Shown piece after piece: positions 1-13,480 of a stretch of DNA of 64,000 nt (position 1 is the stretch's first letter; each line of letters starts with the position of its first letter). A model generated the notes under the pieces. The model saw nothing but the letters and a program-made list of their open reading frames with translations, did not search any database and had not been told where the DNA came from. The position numbers and the translations under genes were made by a program. The stretch lies in assembly GCF_036321535.1 (NCBI RefSeq), contig NC_087437.1, positions 42,348,001-42,412,000 on the forward strand. The letters run 5' to 3'. This DNA comes from Camelus dromedarius (lineage: Eukaryota).

Positions 1-378
1 TTGTTCCAAAAAATAATTATTCTGCACTTGGTACTTTAGGTAAAACAGAAAATTGTTTGTAAATGGAGGATGAATCAGAGTGATTTGAATGCAGTATTTT
101 TTTAAGATATGTTCAGTGTTCTTTTAAAATCACCAAAGTGTAACTTTGTGATTAAAGTCTTAAAAATCAAACCAGCCCATGATATTAATATTTTGTATAC
201 TCTACATTCCTCTATTATGTGCTTTGGTTTTAAGACATCCTGAATCTTCACTGGGTGTCTGATGTACTAAACTCGGCAAGGTGAGCCAAGGAGGAAATAG
301 GGCATGTCTCCATTAATGGACAACAAAGTGTTCCCACTTGTTTACAGAATTCTTTTAGGTCATGCCAATTTGGAGACC

Positions 379-382
<4 letters not shown>

Positions 383-418
<36 letters not shown>
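383..418 (+). repeat. (CA)18 microsatellite
   Basis: Perfect dinucleotide run. Confidence 0.98.
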
Positions 419-419
<1 letters not shown>

Positions 420-974
420 CCACACACCCTACATGGTGTTGAGACTACTTACAGGGCATTTTAATTTGGCCACATAGAACTTCATGTGCTCTTTGGGGCA
501 CAAATTCATTATGGCCCTAAGGAAAAGAACAAATGCCAACCACAAAGACAGAGAACGTTTTTGATCACATTAACCTGGTATCTCACTCCCTCTCAGCAAA
601 GCTAGAACAAATAATCCAGCTTAATTATAACTGACCTGGCTATAGACTCAACCCTAGACATGAATCTAGGGGCAGCAGTCTTGGAGCCTGTGTAGGTGAC
701 AGGGCCAGACCTAAGTGAAGTTATGGAGCAGTGAATGTTGCCTGTTGGTGACCTTCGTCTTCTATTTTTATACTGTTTTCCTCTTTTCAAGGCCAACTTT
801 CATTACTATTTCCTTTCTTTTCTCTGGTCTCTCAAGGCATTCTATTCCTGTCACATTTAAAGCTGACTTATATTTTGGAATTAATGACTTGGTATCTTAC
901 CCTTCCTATGTATTTGGGTTTTGAATAAAGACGACAATTGTAGAACAATGCCCAGCACAGAGGTGCATGCCCTG

Positions 975-1350
975 TGATTTGGGTTTAAGTTCCATGTCCA
1001 CCAATCATTCATCAGTATCTATCTTTTCAGTCTCAGCTACTTACCTGTAGAATCAGAACAATAAAAATTACTTCCCAAATTGAGTGAGGATTAAATAACA
1101 CCTGTAAAAAGTGCTCTAGGAAACCATGGATTATTATGAACATACGTAGCTATTTTCATAAAATAGATCAGTGTTATTAACTTCTCCATTTCCCTCACAG
1201 GATTGCAAGCTCCTTGAAGGCCTGGGGGTGCTTTTCTCACCAGTGATCCTAAGAGACTGGCACTGTACCGGGCATTCAGAAGAGATGCAACAGCGTTTAT
1301 TCAATGAATGAATGAATGAATGAATGAGTGAATGAGTGAGTGAGTGAGTG
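975..1350 (+). mobile_element. MIR core followed by an L2 3' tail with (TGAA)n/(TGAG)n expansion
   Basis: gtctcag..acctgtagaat..gtgaggattaaataa; then gcaagctccttgaagg..tgaatgaatgaatg. Confidence 0.65.
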
Positions 1351-1869
1351 AAAGATCATGGGAGAAGTGGGCATTTTGAGACACAATATTTTGCTGAATG
1401 TATCATCTTGTGTCCCTTCTGTGCCTGCACAGTCCTTATTGGCCATAGAAGAGAAGTACAAGTCTCTTTCTTGATTGATCAATACACTGACAGTTTAAGC
1501 GAAGTCTTCATCTCTATAAATGTTGGAATTATAGTTTCTGAGGTCCTTTTTGTTGCCTACCATCCATCAAAGTTATTGCTCTGAAGTAGGCAGGAAAAAT
1601 CATTTGATCCTAAAACTCATACTGAAAAGGAGAGGCCAGCAGTGTATCTTTAGTTAGTTACCCTGCTTACAAATTTTGAGCCAGGATAACCAGTAGGGCT
1701 AGATGTCACAGTACAGCTACACCTATTATTCTGCTGCATGTCATCTTAAATTAAGCGTCACTTCCATTATTTTTTTAAGTGTAATAACGTCAGAGAGCAT
1801 AAAAAGCTAAAATTTGCCAGTGTGAAGTGGACATGGAGGACATCTACCTCCCTTACTATCTGTGCTCCT

Positions 1870-2272
1870 AAACCCCAGGCCACAAAAGCACTAGATGTGA
1901 GGTTCAGCTACAGAGCCCTCATTCCCAGCTTAGAGCCTGGAAGGCACAGGCAGGAGAACGGAGGGCAGAAGGAGAACGAAGTTTGAGGAATTTATTCCTC
2001 AGGTTCCTTCTCTGATGGTCCACCAAAGACAAAGTGGATGCCGGCATTCTTCACACAGCTGCCCTCTCTTAGAATGTGGGATTTCTTCATTCCTTCATGT
2101 TAAAGGTCCAGATAAGATAACACCTCCCTGTTGCTACTAGCCCCAGAGTACTGCTCTGTCTCTTGTTGGTTTCCTTAAACCCTGTCACATTTTTGCATAG
2201 ACATTTGAAATACTTCTCAAATGAACTAATTTAGGGGTGCCATCTCTTTCCTGCTGGGACCCTGAGTGATAC
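1870..2272 (+). mobile_element. ERVL LTR33-like solo LTR
   Basis: 3' end gtgccatctctttcctgctgggaccctgagtgataca. Confidence 0.55.
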
Positions 2273-2439
2273 ACCTGGTGTGCAGAGAGAATATAATGCA
2301 TTTGTGAGTTTAGCCTTTCTGTCTTAGATCCTTAAAAATTAGCAAAGGCCCAAATGGAAACCATCTTCTATCCGTTTGCCTGTAATTCACTGAAAAGTAA
2401 GGGATATTTTTATAGTTCTAAGTTATTCCATAAATCCTC

Positions 2440-2858
2440 ACAATGCATTCGGCATCAGCAACAACAGTGTCACCTGGGACCTTGTAAATCTATAAATTAT
2501 TGGGCTTAGTTCCAGACTACTGGATCAGAAATTTGGGAGCTGAGGCCAGCAATCTGTGCAGCAGTCTGTGTTTTAACAAGCCTTCCAAAGGATTCTAATA
2601 CATGCAAAAGTTTGAAAACCACTGATGTAACATACAGTTACATATGCATTTCAATGTTAGGAACACTATCCCCCACTCTCCCACCCTTTGGTCCACTGGA
2701 AACGACTTTTTCTTTTTTCTTTTTTTTTAGTTCAGTGGTCTCAGACTAGAATGCAATGATGCATTAGAATGACCCATGAAGCTTGTTCAAAGTCCCAATG
2801 CACAGGCCCCACGTTGGACTGATTCACTGATTCCGAATCTCAAGTTTAAGAACCACTG
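2440..2858. mobile_element. Two MER5-family (hAT-Charlie) MITEs (~2440-2624, 2733-2857)
   Basis: tcacctggga..atcagaa..ttttaacaagcct..agtttgaaaaccactg and cagtggtctcaga..agtttaagaaccactg. Confidence 0.7.
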
Positions 2859-3607
2859 ATTACTCCATCATTCAGAATGGTGAGGAACCACAGCTGGAAT
2901 TGATAGCAACAAACCTGAAGGAAGAATGTTCATCATCTAAAACAAATAGACTGCCAGATACTTCTCCAGCAAAGAAGGGTTTACCGGAAATCAGCAGAGA
3001 ATTGCAATTCTGCACCTGCCACCATAGGAGGAGGAGAACATTCTACAGAGAGGAGATGGAAGTTGGGAGGGCAGGCGTTCTTTCATTTTTTGATCTTGGA
3101 TATACAAAGATTTCTGGTTGTATCCTTACCATAAACCTCCCTTTTTACTTACACTAACTTGAATGAGTGCCTGTTTCTTGCAAGAGATGACTAAATCACA
3201 ACTAAAAGGAATTAAAAATGGATGTTTGGAGTCATTTTGTAGACCCTGTATAGGTATTATCTGTGAATAGATTGCCTTTTCTTTTATGTTTTAAAAATAT
3301 TAAATAATGCATAGTCATTATGAAAAATTCAAAAATTTCAGAGGGAAGCAAAGTAGAAAAAAAACACCTTTCCTCCCCTAGGACCCTTATTTCCACATCC
3401 CAGAAGTAACCAGTTAAGTGTCTTATATAACCTTTAATAATTTTTCTACGTACCTTGCCTATAATGCCCCTGGCTTTTTTCCCCTTGGCACCAATAAAAG
3501 AACAGAAAACTGATCATCTTATTGTCAATATACCTAGAGGGATACAATTAATAATATCTAACTTGTAAAAATTGAATACATAGAAACCTCAATTAAATAG
3601 AGTTGGA

Positions 3608-3626
3608 CGACCAGGAGGGGGCGCCC
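3608..3626 (+). promoter_or_regulatory. Candidate CTCF site CGACCAGGAGGGGGCGCCC
   Basis: Close match to the core CCASYAGRKGGCRS, with locally retained CpGs. Confidence 0.6.
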
Positions 3627-3923
3627 TCGTGCGTAGTGGCTGTAGTAGAGCCGGACAGGAACACATACTCCTCTTCTTCCTAGGAAGACACACAGCCAGT
3701 GAAAAGCCATGGACACTTTAGATGCAGACAGGAGTAAAATATCTACGTTTTGAGATGCTTGCCCATTTTCTCAGTGACTCTACTTACATCCATAGCTCTT
3801 GCTGATTGGGCATGCCATACAATTATCCCAGGCCAGATGATTGCATCCAACCCAAATCATTGGCTGGCTAGTCACCAATCAGATTCCTTCCCTCAGAAAT
3901 GTGCACTTGCTACTCTTAGTAGG

Positions 3924-4056
3924 CCTTGCTACTCAAAGTGTGGTCTGCCCACCAGCAGCATCAGGGGATTACCTGGGATTCTTAGGACCCATGTAGACTT
4001 ACTGAATTAGGATTCCCAGGTGATTCACATGCAGATTAACCTTTGAGAAGTGCTGG
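3924..4056. mobile_element. MER5A-like MITE
   Basis: ctactcaaagtgtggtc..ccagcagcatcag..caggtgattc..tttgagaagtgctg. Confidence 0.7.
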
Positions 4057-5582
4057 CTTAAGATAAATAGACATTTTAGAAAATCAGTAGTGGGTGCTTT
4101 AATCCTATCCAGAATTGGTGGTCATTTTTATCATACAAAGTTATGATGGATTGATAAAGCAAGCCAAGAAAACCTATGTGCTGAGAGAAGCTGGGTGTTT
4201 GGGAAGATTAGAAGAAAGAAGCAGAAATTAGATACACTGAAAGACAGAAGAAGCAGTCTGGCTTCTTGACTTTCTATACCTTCTTGACTTTCTGTTTTAG
4301 GTCGACAAACTCATAACTTTTTAAAATGCCCTTCTTTAGCTTTATTTTTAAAATAGTCCTTGGAGGCAGTAGGGTAAGCACTCTTAAGTGATTTAACATA
4401 TGGATACACTGAGGTCTAAAATCATGTCCTCAGTTTTCATTCAAGTTCACTAAATGGTTGTGTGAACGCTCCTATTGTATTTGCTTTAAAATAATTGAGG
4501 GCATTATCCACTAAGCCACAAATAGAGATATTCTTTTAGAATCAATGCTAGGGAAAGACCATCACCCCTGAGGAAATGGAATGCCTCAGAAAGGCTGGCA
4601 GAAAGGCTGAATCACTGGTCCTGTTTTTCCCTTTGTGCCTCAATTGTCGGGGCAAGCCAGGAGTTAACCACAACTGTTATTTCTAGTTGGCCTATTTTTG
4701 TTCTTTTCCTTGGCTATGAGTTCCTATTTCTATGTCACTATTTCATTGTATTTTTAAATTATAAGCTGCTTTAGGTATTTTTGTGGAGTAAGAGGCGTTT
4801 AGATAAATATAGCTCTTAAAACGGGGAAGCCAAGGCACCGATGAAGACTTACCTGTATTCACTGAGATATTTGCTGACATAGCTAGAACTGGAATTGCGG
4901 TTTTCAGAATTCTAGTCCTTGCCATTTCCTCTGTCCCATGTGAGCTGAGAGGCAAGCATTTTTCCCCTTAACCATGGAACATATTATGTCTGTTTTTAAA
5001 AGTATGGCAATCCTGCAAATGTCACTGCTGGTGTTATTTGAATTGAAATTGTGGTTTAGCTTTTGAAGGCCAAATAGCTCTGCCTTACTTACTGATTTCA
5101 AAGGCAGTTTCTTCCCATCGTAGGATTCACCCAGTGCTGGGTGCTGGGTGTGGCCAGCAGACACCACAAAAGATGAAGGTCCTATATTTCCGGCTGTACT
5201 AAATGGTCCTCCAAAAAATATAGAGCACTGTTTTTCTGTCAGACTTTTCCCAAATGGACGGCAAATATCTACCTTGAATAAAACTGTGGAAAAAAAAAAA
5301 AAAAGACAAAGCCCTTTGGTGGGCAGAGATGTGAGTCATGCTTTAACAAAAGATCAATGTGAGTCCTTTTTTGTTTTGTTTTGAGAATGCAGTCATATTC
5401 TCTAGGTATTTATGAGGATTTTAAAGTCTATTTTTAAATTTTTTAATTTAATTTATTCTGTGATGAAATATAGCATGCCTTTTTATTTATCTTTTATAAG
5501 CTATTGGGAAATCTTTTCTTTTTAAATTCCTGGTGAAACATAAGCAGCAGTGTGGAGGATGCCTAATGCCATTTGCTTTCAA

Positions 5583-5601
5583 GAGCGCCCTCTGCTGGCA
5601 G
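5583..5601 (-). promoter_or_regulatory. Candidate CTCF site CTGCCAGCAGAGGGCGCTC
   Basis: Perfect match to CCASYAGRKGGCRS on the minus strand. Confidence 0.65.
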
Positions 5602-6219
5602 TTGTCTTGAATTTTTAAAATACTCTATTGTAGGCTCCAGTGTTTCATTTGTTAATCATGTTAAGTCTTTAATGCATTAGTAGAAAGAAAACATCTGCAG
5701 GGAAAAAAAAAAAAAAACCCACAGTGATTCTTGTCTTAAGAATCTAAATAAGCAAACATATATAATAGTATCAGGCATAATGTTACATCATTGAAAAGAA
5801 CATTGTTTTAATTGAGACAACATAAGAAGATTTACTGTGATTATTCTGTAAGAGGCGCTGTGTCGGGCACTGGGGTCACAAAGGTAATGTTGACATGACC
5901 CGACGTCAAGGATCCCCCAGCCTGTGAGGGAGTCAGATGCACTGAAAGACAGTTACCTGCCAAGTGTTGAGTGCAGTGTGAGACCAGAGGAGAGACGCCT
6001 GAATCATCCTGAGAAGGGAGGAGTTAGGAAAGGCTTCCTGGAGGAGGCTGGCAAAGGAAGACAAGGAAGGGCAAACAAAGGGCATCTGGGTGGAGGGAAG
6101 AGCATCAGGTAAGAGAAAACATGGTGTGTGTGCAGAGCCGTGATACCAAGACCAATGCTGGCTGGCTGGAGCCTCGCACGAGATACAGGGCTTGCCAAGC
6201 GATGATGCTCTCAGTCCAT

Positions 6220-6681
6220 CAGCACTTCTCGACTGTTTTGGTCTCAGGACTTTACATTCTTAAAAATTATTAAGGACCCCCAAAAAGCTTTTGTTCCTGG
6301 GAACTTTATTTATTGATGTTTACTCTGTTAGAAATGAAAATGGAGACATTTTCAACATAGTTATTAATGTATTTAATTACATGTAACCTTAAGCTATATT
6401 TTGTGGAGGAAAAAAAAATCACTAAATTTTTCAAACACAAACAAGTGAGAGGTGTGGCATTGTTTTACATGTCTGCAAAACTCTTTAATGTCTGGCCCAA
6501 CAGGAGGCAGCCGGATTCTCCTACAGCCCAGCTATTGCAACACCACATGTCAAGCAGCAGCCGGAAAACTATACTGTACACTTATGAGAGAAAAACTGTG
6601 ACAAAAGCAAATAACATCATAGTATGCTTATTAAAACAGTTTGATTTTGTGTGCCCCCAGGCCACACTTGGAGAAACTGGC
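6220..6681. mobile_element. hAT-Charlie (Charlie1-like) internally deleted DNA transposon inserted in an L2
   Basis: Begins cagcacttctcgactgttttggtctcaggac...aaaaattattaaggacccc and ends ccacacttggagaaactg. Degenerate TIRs. Confidence 0.7.
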
Positions 6682-7312
6682 TGGAGAAGTGGGCAGGGGC
6701 AGGGCCAAGAGGGAGAGCCTTGTGTATAATGTTAAGTGCACTGAACCCAATCAATGGGCTGAAGACTTTAAGCTGGAAATAGATGGTCAGGTTTGGGTTT
6801 TAAGTCACCCTTTTTGCAGCTAAAAAGTGGATGGATTTGAGGGATACAAGACTGGAGAGAATAAAACTAGTTAGTTACTGCAACTGTTTGGGCAAGTCCC
6901 TTACCTGGTTGAAGAGGGACTCAACTGGAGTAGTGTATCCAGGGATGGGAGAGAGGGAGTGGATTTTGAATAGTTAGGATATAAATATTCAATATATTTT
7001 TCTAGAAAGTTTAAAAAATTTTAATATAAAATGTAAATATTTTCTACATAAATATTTAGGAAGTACCATTAATTGGACTTGGTGATTGCCTGAAGGTTGG
7101 AGGATTGGAGGAGATAAAGAAAAGTCCTAATTCTAGCTTGGGGTAACTGAAGAGAGGGTGGTGCAACCACGTGAAACAGTATATAAGGCCATGTCAGTGC
7201 AGGGGAGAAGGTAACGCATCTAGCTGGGGACTTGGTGCCCTGGTAGGGCTACAGGGTGGTCCAGGAGAGGCATGTAGAAGGAGGGTACGAACCTACGAAT
7301 CTGAATCTTGTG

Positions 7313-7800
7313 CAGGGGCAGATTTACCATAAAACTTGAGCTTAGGGCCCCTCATATATATGGCTCCTTTCAAGGAATTAGAGGGACCCTATTCATAGCA
7401 GCACAAAATAATTGCTTTTTAAATTTTTTTTAATGGAGGTACTGGTGATTGAACTCAGGACCTTGGGCATGCTAAGCATTCATTCTACCGCTGAGCTATA
7501 CTCACCCCCTAATTGCTTTTTTAAAAAACACAAAGGTTAAAATACCTTTTAAGTGCAGTTGGTTATCATTGGTGACTCTTCCCTCTCCAGTTTCTCCTCC
7601 ATCACAATTCTCCGTGTGTTGTGTGGCTTAGAGTGACTGCAGGCATTCTGGGGACCCAGTCAAGGGAAAATTGAGCTGGGGACGCATTTAGCTTGGATTC
7701 AGTGGGATGTATCTATGGGAATTGCAGCTGCTCCCCTTGAGTTATTGCTGACTCGCCCAGTCAGAGGAATCACTTCCAGGAATACCCCATCCCACGCTTT
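7313..7800. mobile_element. hAT-Tip100 MER115/Zaphod-like fragment, interrupted by a SINE
   Basis: caggggcagatttaccataaaacttgagcttagggcccctc ... aagggaaaattgagctggggacgcatttag ... ttccaggaatacccc. Confidence 0.7.
7421..7509 (-). mobile_element. tRNA-derived SINE (vic-1-like, camelid)
   Basis: Reverse complement ggggtgagtatagctcagcggtaga...gagttcaatcaccagtacctcc + A tail, with A and B boxes. TSD taattgcttttt at 7409-7420 and 7510-7521. Confidence 0.85.
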
Positions 7801-7849
7801 CTGAAGTATGGAGCCAGGTGTGTTAAAACATGAACTGTTGCCCCCGGCA

Positions 7850-8190
7850 TCCTAAGTCTGACGGGAGGTGGCGAAGAAAGGCTGGCAGTTGCTGCTGACT
7901 ACTAGCTGAGTGACTTGGTTCTCCTCCACATGGCCTTTCCTCCCGAGCTGGAATTCTAAAAGCATGGTACCTGGATTCCAAGATGGAGCATCCGAGGGTG
8001 AGAAAGTGGGAAGCTTTGTTTCTCCTAAGATCCAAGTTTGGAAGTGATCCAGTATTATTCCACCAGATTCTATTGGTAAAAAGCAAATCAAGGATCAGCC
8101 CGATTCAAGGCAAGGGAAAACTTCTGACGCCACTGCTTACTAGAAAGAGTGGCAAAGAATTTACAGTCATTTTTAACGAGCTGTAATTCC
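7850..8190 (-). mobile_element. MLT1 (MaLR) LTR fragment
   Basis: Reverse complement aaattctttgccactct...ccttgaatcgggctg...ccaatagaatctggtggaa...cacttccaa is typical of MLT1. Confidence 0.7.
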
Positions 8191-9874
8191 TGTCAGGGGG
8201 ACCTTCCGTTGTGACTTGTCATTGACGGGAACAAAATCCTCTGCTTACAGTTATGATACAACTGATGATTGGGAAAACTTTCCACCACTCAAGTCCTTCC
8301 TGTATTTCTCTTAACAGATACTGAGATTTTTGCTGTGTTAAATAAACTGCTGTAAACTGCCCTAAAAGAATGATCTATAAAACACATTCCACAAGTGTCC
8401 CATGAAATTCAGCTTAAGAGTTTGAGGGAAAAAAAAAAAAACTTCACTTTATCCACTAAGTCAAAAACATTTTCTGCTTTAAAATTTGGTAAAATTGGGG
8501 CTGAAATTACTTTGAATTATTTAATTTTGTTTGGAAATATTTAGTTTTGAGGACAGTAACTTTTCACTCTTAAGGAACTTTTTATATTTGACATAAACTT
8601 TATCTACTTCTAGAAGAAACACATAGAAAATAATACCTTAATTCTTATAAGCTCAATTGTTCTTGGTGAGGATTGATTTATTCAAAACGCATTTTCAAAG
8701 TCCACTATGTGCTTACATTAAAGTAAATGAAAAACAGAAAACAAACATACAATCAAATAATGAATAAGAATTGTAGACGTGAAACAGAAAACAATGACTA
8801 TAAGATGGAGAGCCTGGGGCTGGAGAGAAGGGTGGGGATTGGAAGGGCTGGGTCGAGTTTGGGTAGACACTCTACCTGAGAAGGCAAAGCTGTCAATCTG
8901 AAACATTAGTAAGGAACCAGTGATGAGAAAATCTGGGAGGAATCTTCCAAACAAGACCCAAAATGCCCCGGCCTCTCTCTCTAATGACACAAAGTGCTGG
9001 TGCTGAGTGACAGGAAATACATGAATGCCTACTAGAATCATACTTACATTTCCAGTCTCTGAGAGCCGGGGAATATGATGCTGATAGCAATATCTTCTAG
9101 GTGTTTAAATAGGGGACCCACTGGAATATATGAAACGTTATTAATTTAAAAAACATGAGGGGTTAAATAAATGAAAATCACAAGAAAAACAATACTGAAA
9201 CACAGAGCGTACATTTTAAATGCCCCAAAGGAGAACTGTTGGAACTATTAGTGGATCCCTCCAGCAAAATATAGCCACACTCCAGAGGTTTTGTTGGAGA
9301 AGACAAAAATAACTCTAGTTGAATAGGAAAATCTAATTTATCCACAAGTACTTCACTATTTAGAACCCATACAATTTACTTTGAAAAAAAAGTTTAAATA
9401 ATTCTTCTGATATTGAAATGAGCTAAGCATAATAAACTCAAGTGTGAAATTATTAGCTTTGCTTGTAATGACAGGTCAATGTGAAAACTTGCCTTCAGTG
9501 ATAGCAATACTTCTTTGGCTGGACTAGTTCAAATCCAAATTTATATGCACTGTGATCATCTCTTCCTAATATGTGTATTGAAAGTCCCCAGATCGTCTCA
9601 GGGCCTGCCTGTTTTTTTTTTTTGTTTTGTTTTGTTTTTTTAACATTCTACCCAGTCCAGGGCAGGTTGCCAAAATGAGCAGCACATACTGTACCCAGAC
9701 ATGAAATGAATGTCATCAAGAAGGCCCCTGAGCCACTTCTCAGTGATTGAAAGGCAGTTGGAAGACTCTGGGGGGCAGAAGATTTGGGGGCAACTGTGGC
9801 CAGGGATCTGGGACATGGAGAGACAGAGAGAGATGGGAATCAGAAAATGAGACGAAAGGAAGTAAAAGAGGCAC

Positions 9875-12862
9875 ATTTCCCGATGGAGTCATTTTATTTA
9901 CAAACATGAATCAAAACAGACTGATACTTTCCTACCTCCAACTGGATTTTCATCTTATAAAATAGACTGGCTACCGAAATCCTTCATAAAACCTGCCTTC
10001 CCCTTTGCAGTGGGAAATAAGCAAAAAGTCAAAGGTTAAAAGGTCATGCATAAGATATTATACCCATTAAGATAATTATACAATAGTCTTAACTGTTTCA
10101 CAAATCAATGATAAAACACTGATTTACACTCCACTATATTTTGCACTTCAAGATTTTTCTTCATATATTTATGTTCATATTTCACAAACAATATTACAAA
10201 AAGACCATCCACTTTTTCTTAAAATAGGAAAACAAAACAAAGGCATAACATTAAGAAAAGAAATCAGTCTGCAGAGCATACACTTTTTTTTATAAGAACA
10301 AAAATTAAGAGAAAACCAAAATATCTTCAACATACACTCTGTAGGTTCCCAAAGGAGTTCCTAGCATTCTGATTTTTGGTTGGTTTCACCAGCCTTGTAT
10401 CTAGTGGGTTTTGCATATCATAATTCCCAATTGTTATTATTCCAAGGAAAATTTCAAGGAAGACCTTCAACCAAGGCCTGAGGTGGGACAAAGTGCATAT
10501 CTTTATCATACACATAAAAGCTTTAATGAAACTCAGGCACTTCGTCAGAAACAGTGCTTGGCCCCTTTCTTCTTCCACTCCCTTTCACCCGAGAGAGTCC
10601 TCCAGATTCTAGAGTCACTCATTGTCTGTAATTACTATAAGGTTTGGGTCACAATTCTGGTGGGGAAAAAAATGCCATTTTAAGGAATTCTTTGCACGTA
10701 TTATATTTTCTTTGCTTTCTTAGAGGTAGATAACCTCAAAATAAGGTCCAAACATTGGTTCCTACAAATGGTATCAGAAAGAATACTATTAAGTAAGGAG
10801 GGTAGCTGTCAGAATAAGAACTAAAATTCCAGTTTTTTAGAAAAAAAAATTTATCTTGCATCTGTCTGTATATATGGAATAAGGACCTATTAAAAAAACA
10901 CTGCTGAAGAAGAGGCCAATACAACTTGCCAGTCTGACAAAATGGCTGGAAATTTATAATTGCAAGAGACCTCAAAGATGAAGTAATTCAATTCTCTGAT
11001 TTTAGAGGAAAGGGAAAAGAGGCTTGGAGATGGTGACTTTCCTGAGTACCTTAGCATGTTAATTTGCATGATTATTTTTATATACACACAGACACACACT
11101 TACACTCACTGTCGCATTTACTTCGGTTTTGTACATAAAATGCTCCTGGCCTATACGATAAATAAAAAATAAATATGCAGATTTTCATTTGTTATTTCAT
11201 CCCCATAAGTGGCAAATACTCATCTTTCAAATGAGCGGAAAGGTTCTACTTTCCCTCCACTGATGAATTTATCCTATCATGACATGGCTGTTCGCCTGCT
11301 CTCTGTGGTCCCTGAAAGCAGCATGGATTGGGACAGTAGGAAGTGCAGGAAGGAGGGCAAAGGTGCTTGACTCAAATCAGAATTGGAGTTTCTTGCTCTG
11401 CCAAAGATGTTCCCACTGGCAGTGAAGGCTTCCCATGAAATTAAGCTTGATCTATGGTAACTTTAGACCTAGCTGGAAGGAGATAATGAAGGTGTCACCC
11501 AGAAGGGTATAAAGTAGTTCCGCCAACCACAGAGAGCAGAAGTGACCAGTGTGTGTTTTGTCTAAGCTACTGAACTATAAGCTGAGATGACTTTACTAGA
11601 TGTAGTCAGAGTTTCTAATTATTTTAATTTGTATATGCATATAAACATCAAAATATTTAGGCTTTATGTATATTAATATTAATAGCTATTTTACCTCTTT
11701 CCATAAAATTACATGTGGATATAATTCTAAAGTAGTTTTTTATAACCTAAGCTAGTTTTTAAAAAATATCATTATTTTTAATATTCATTACTGACTTTAT
11801 ATTCTGAAAAAAAATCTTGTCTAGCTATATATATATTAACTTTAAATAACTTAAAAAATAAACAATACATTATATATACCAAAATAGCCCCATTTTAAAG
11901 CCATGTAAGTGAAAAAGTTGAGTTTTCAAGAATAAACTAGATCCTCTAAAGGTATTTTTTTCATAATTTTAATATTAAGCATATCGTCTTTTCTGGCTAT
12001 GCCAAATATATACACACCACTCTTGGTAATTTATGTCAGAAGTACTCATTATGAAAAAATGGGTTGGTTCATTTCTCTGTTTTCACTTGTTCTGCAATGG
12101 AAAATTTATTCTAAATCTAAATAAATTTGCTCCCAAAAGATCTCCCCAAAGGAGACAGCATAACCAAAAAACGTAATGATACACAAGATACCCAGTGCAT
12201 GCAACCTCGTAGTTTCTAATAGTGGTAGAAAGTAACCTTCAAGATTATCATAATCCATTTGGACTTACAGACAGCTATCACACAAAATTAACACACTAAA
12301 GGAAGAAAGTCATTTGAGAAACTTATCCTTGCTAGAATACCTTCGCCAAAATTCCCATAGGAAATAAAGCCATGCAGCCATAAAGAACAGAGGGCACTTG
12401 GTACCCAGCACTGACCTTAAAGTGCACACATTTAGCACTGCTCTGAACTCAAAGTAAACTCTAACAAGTTGAAGAGCTCACAATTTCTTTACTCATTAAA
12501 GGGCACGCTATCATCCACAGCTGGAAGAATTTCTTCTAAAAAGAACGTCTTGATGGAGGCAAGACCAGAGCTATTTCCAGCGCCTAGCTCTGCTTTCTGC
12601 TGCTGTGAGTTATTAGCAGTAGTTTGGCTAAAACAATAAGAACAGAGAGACTGGCCCACTTAGAGAACTAGATTCAGATGTTTTTGCACTTATGTTAGTC
12701 AGAATTATGTTTAAAAATTAAGTGAACATAAAGTCTGCAGGAAATAGAGATTCTGTAACTCACAAGTAACAAGGGGAAATCAGTCGACTAAAAAGTGAAT
12801 GTCTTTCCAAAGCCAGTGCAAGAGGTAAAGAGGGGCTCAAGCCTTTTGGAAATTTGACTCTT
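9875..12862 (-). other. NCEH1: NCEH1 3'UTR (~3 kb; 3' end approximate)
   Basis: Repeat-poor, AU-rich sequence between the stop codon and a candidate poly(A) signal. Confidence 0.7.
9893..9898 (-). terminator. Candidate NCEH1 polyadenylation signal AATAAA
   Basis: Minus-strand AATAAA followed ~20-60 nt downstream by a U/pyrimidine-rich tract (tgtgcctcttttacttcctttcgtctcattttct). Confidence 0.7.
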
Positions 12863-13480
12863 TTACAGGTTTTGATCCAGCCACTTGATGTAACTATTCC
12901 TAGTCCGAATTCCCACTGAGAAGTTGGTGGGCCAGCTGGTGAAAATCATGCACCCATGGAAGCCATCCTCAAAGTGATCAAGGGTCACCTCCACACCTGC
13001 GCTCTCCAAACGCTTGGCATACATGATTCCATCATCTCTTAGGACATCATGCTCACAGGTCAGAATATAGGTCTTTGGGAGGTGCTGTAGGACTTCCTGT
13101 TCTGCGATGAGTGGGGCCGAACGGGCATCCAGCAGCTGAGGGATCTCCTGGACAATCCTGGCGTTGCCGGTGGTCTGCACGACAGGCTTGTAGTTCTTTG
13201 TGATGGAAGCGGGCAAGAGAGATGTCCAGTTTAGACGGGCCCTGAGGGCAGCAGCCTCTTCCACATCAAGTGAAGTGTGATTGTTAACTATCATTGCCTG
13301 GACAAAATCATAGTTGCCCTTGAAGTAGTCCACCCAGTACTTGACCATGACATAGCGGGGTAGGATTGGGGTGTTCATGTTTTGCTGATAAGAGGGTGTG
13401 TTAAAATCTAGTGCTTGAAGAACTGGGTAAATTAAAGCTTGCACTTTGAGCTTGTTTTTTAGGTGGTCATCTTGATTAAA
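12863..13480 (-). CDS. NCEH1: NCEH1 exon 5 coding part ([14 protein letters not shown]...[10 protein letters not shown]), catalytic Asp (CEHDVLRDD) and His (GFHG)
   Basis: ttttcttcctcag|TTTAATCAA, 618 nt to TAA. Exons 2-5 total 1089 nt = 362 aa + stop, leaving 46 aa for exon 1 of a 408-aa protein. Sequons NHT, NWT and NFS are present. Confidence 0.97.
   Translation of the reverse strand, partial: FNQDDHLKNKLKVQALIYPVLQALDFNTPSYQQNMNTPILPRYVMVKYWVDYFKGNYDFVQAMIVNNHTSLDVEEAAALRARLNWTSLLPASITKNYKPVVQTTGNARIVQEIPQLLDARSAPLIAEQEVLQHLPKTYILTCEHDVLRDDGIMYAKRLESAGVEVTLDHFEDGFHGCMIFTSWPTNFSVGIRTRNSYIKWLDQNL

Noticed and set aside
4262..4293. 14-bp direct repeat cttcttgactttct with an 18-bp period
   Set aside because: Simple local tandem duplication with two copies; not an array.
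7421..7509. tRNA genes (also 13820-13902 and 23418-23490)
   Set aside because: A tails, TSDs and broken stems indicate SINEs, not functional tRNAs.
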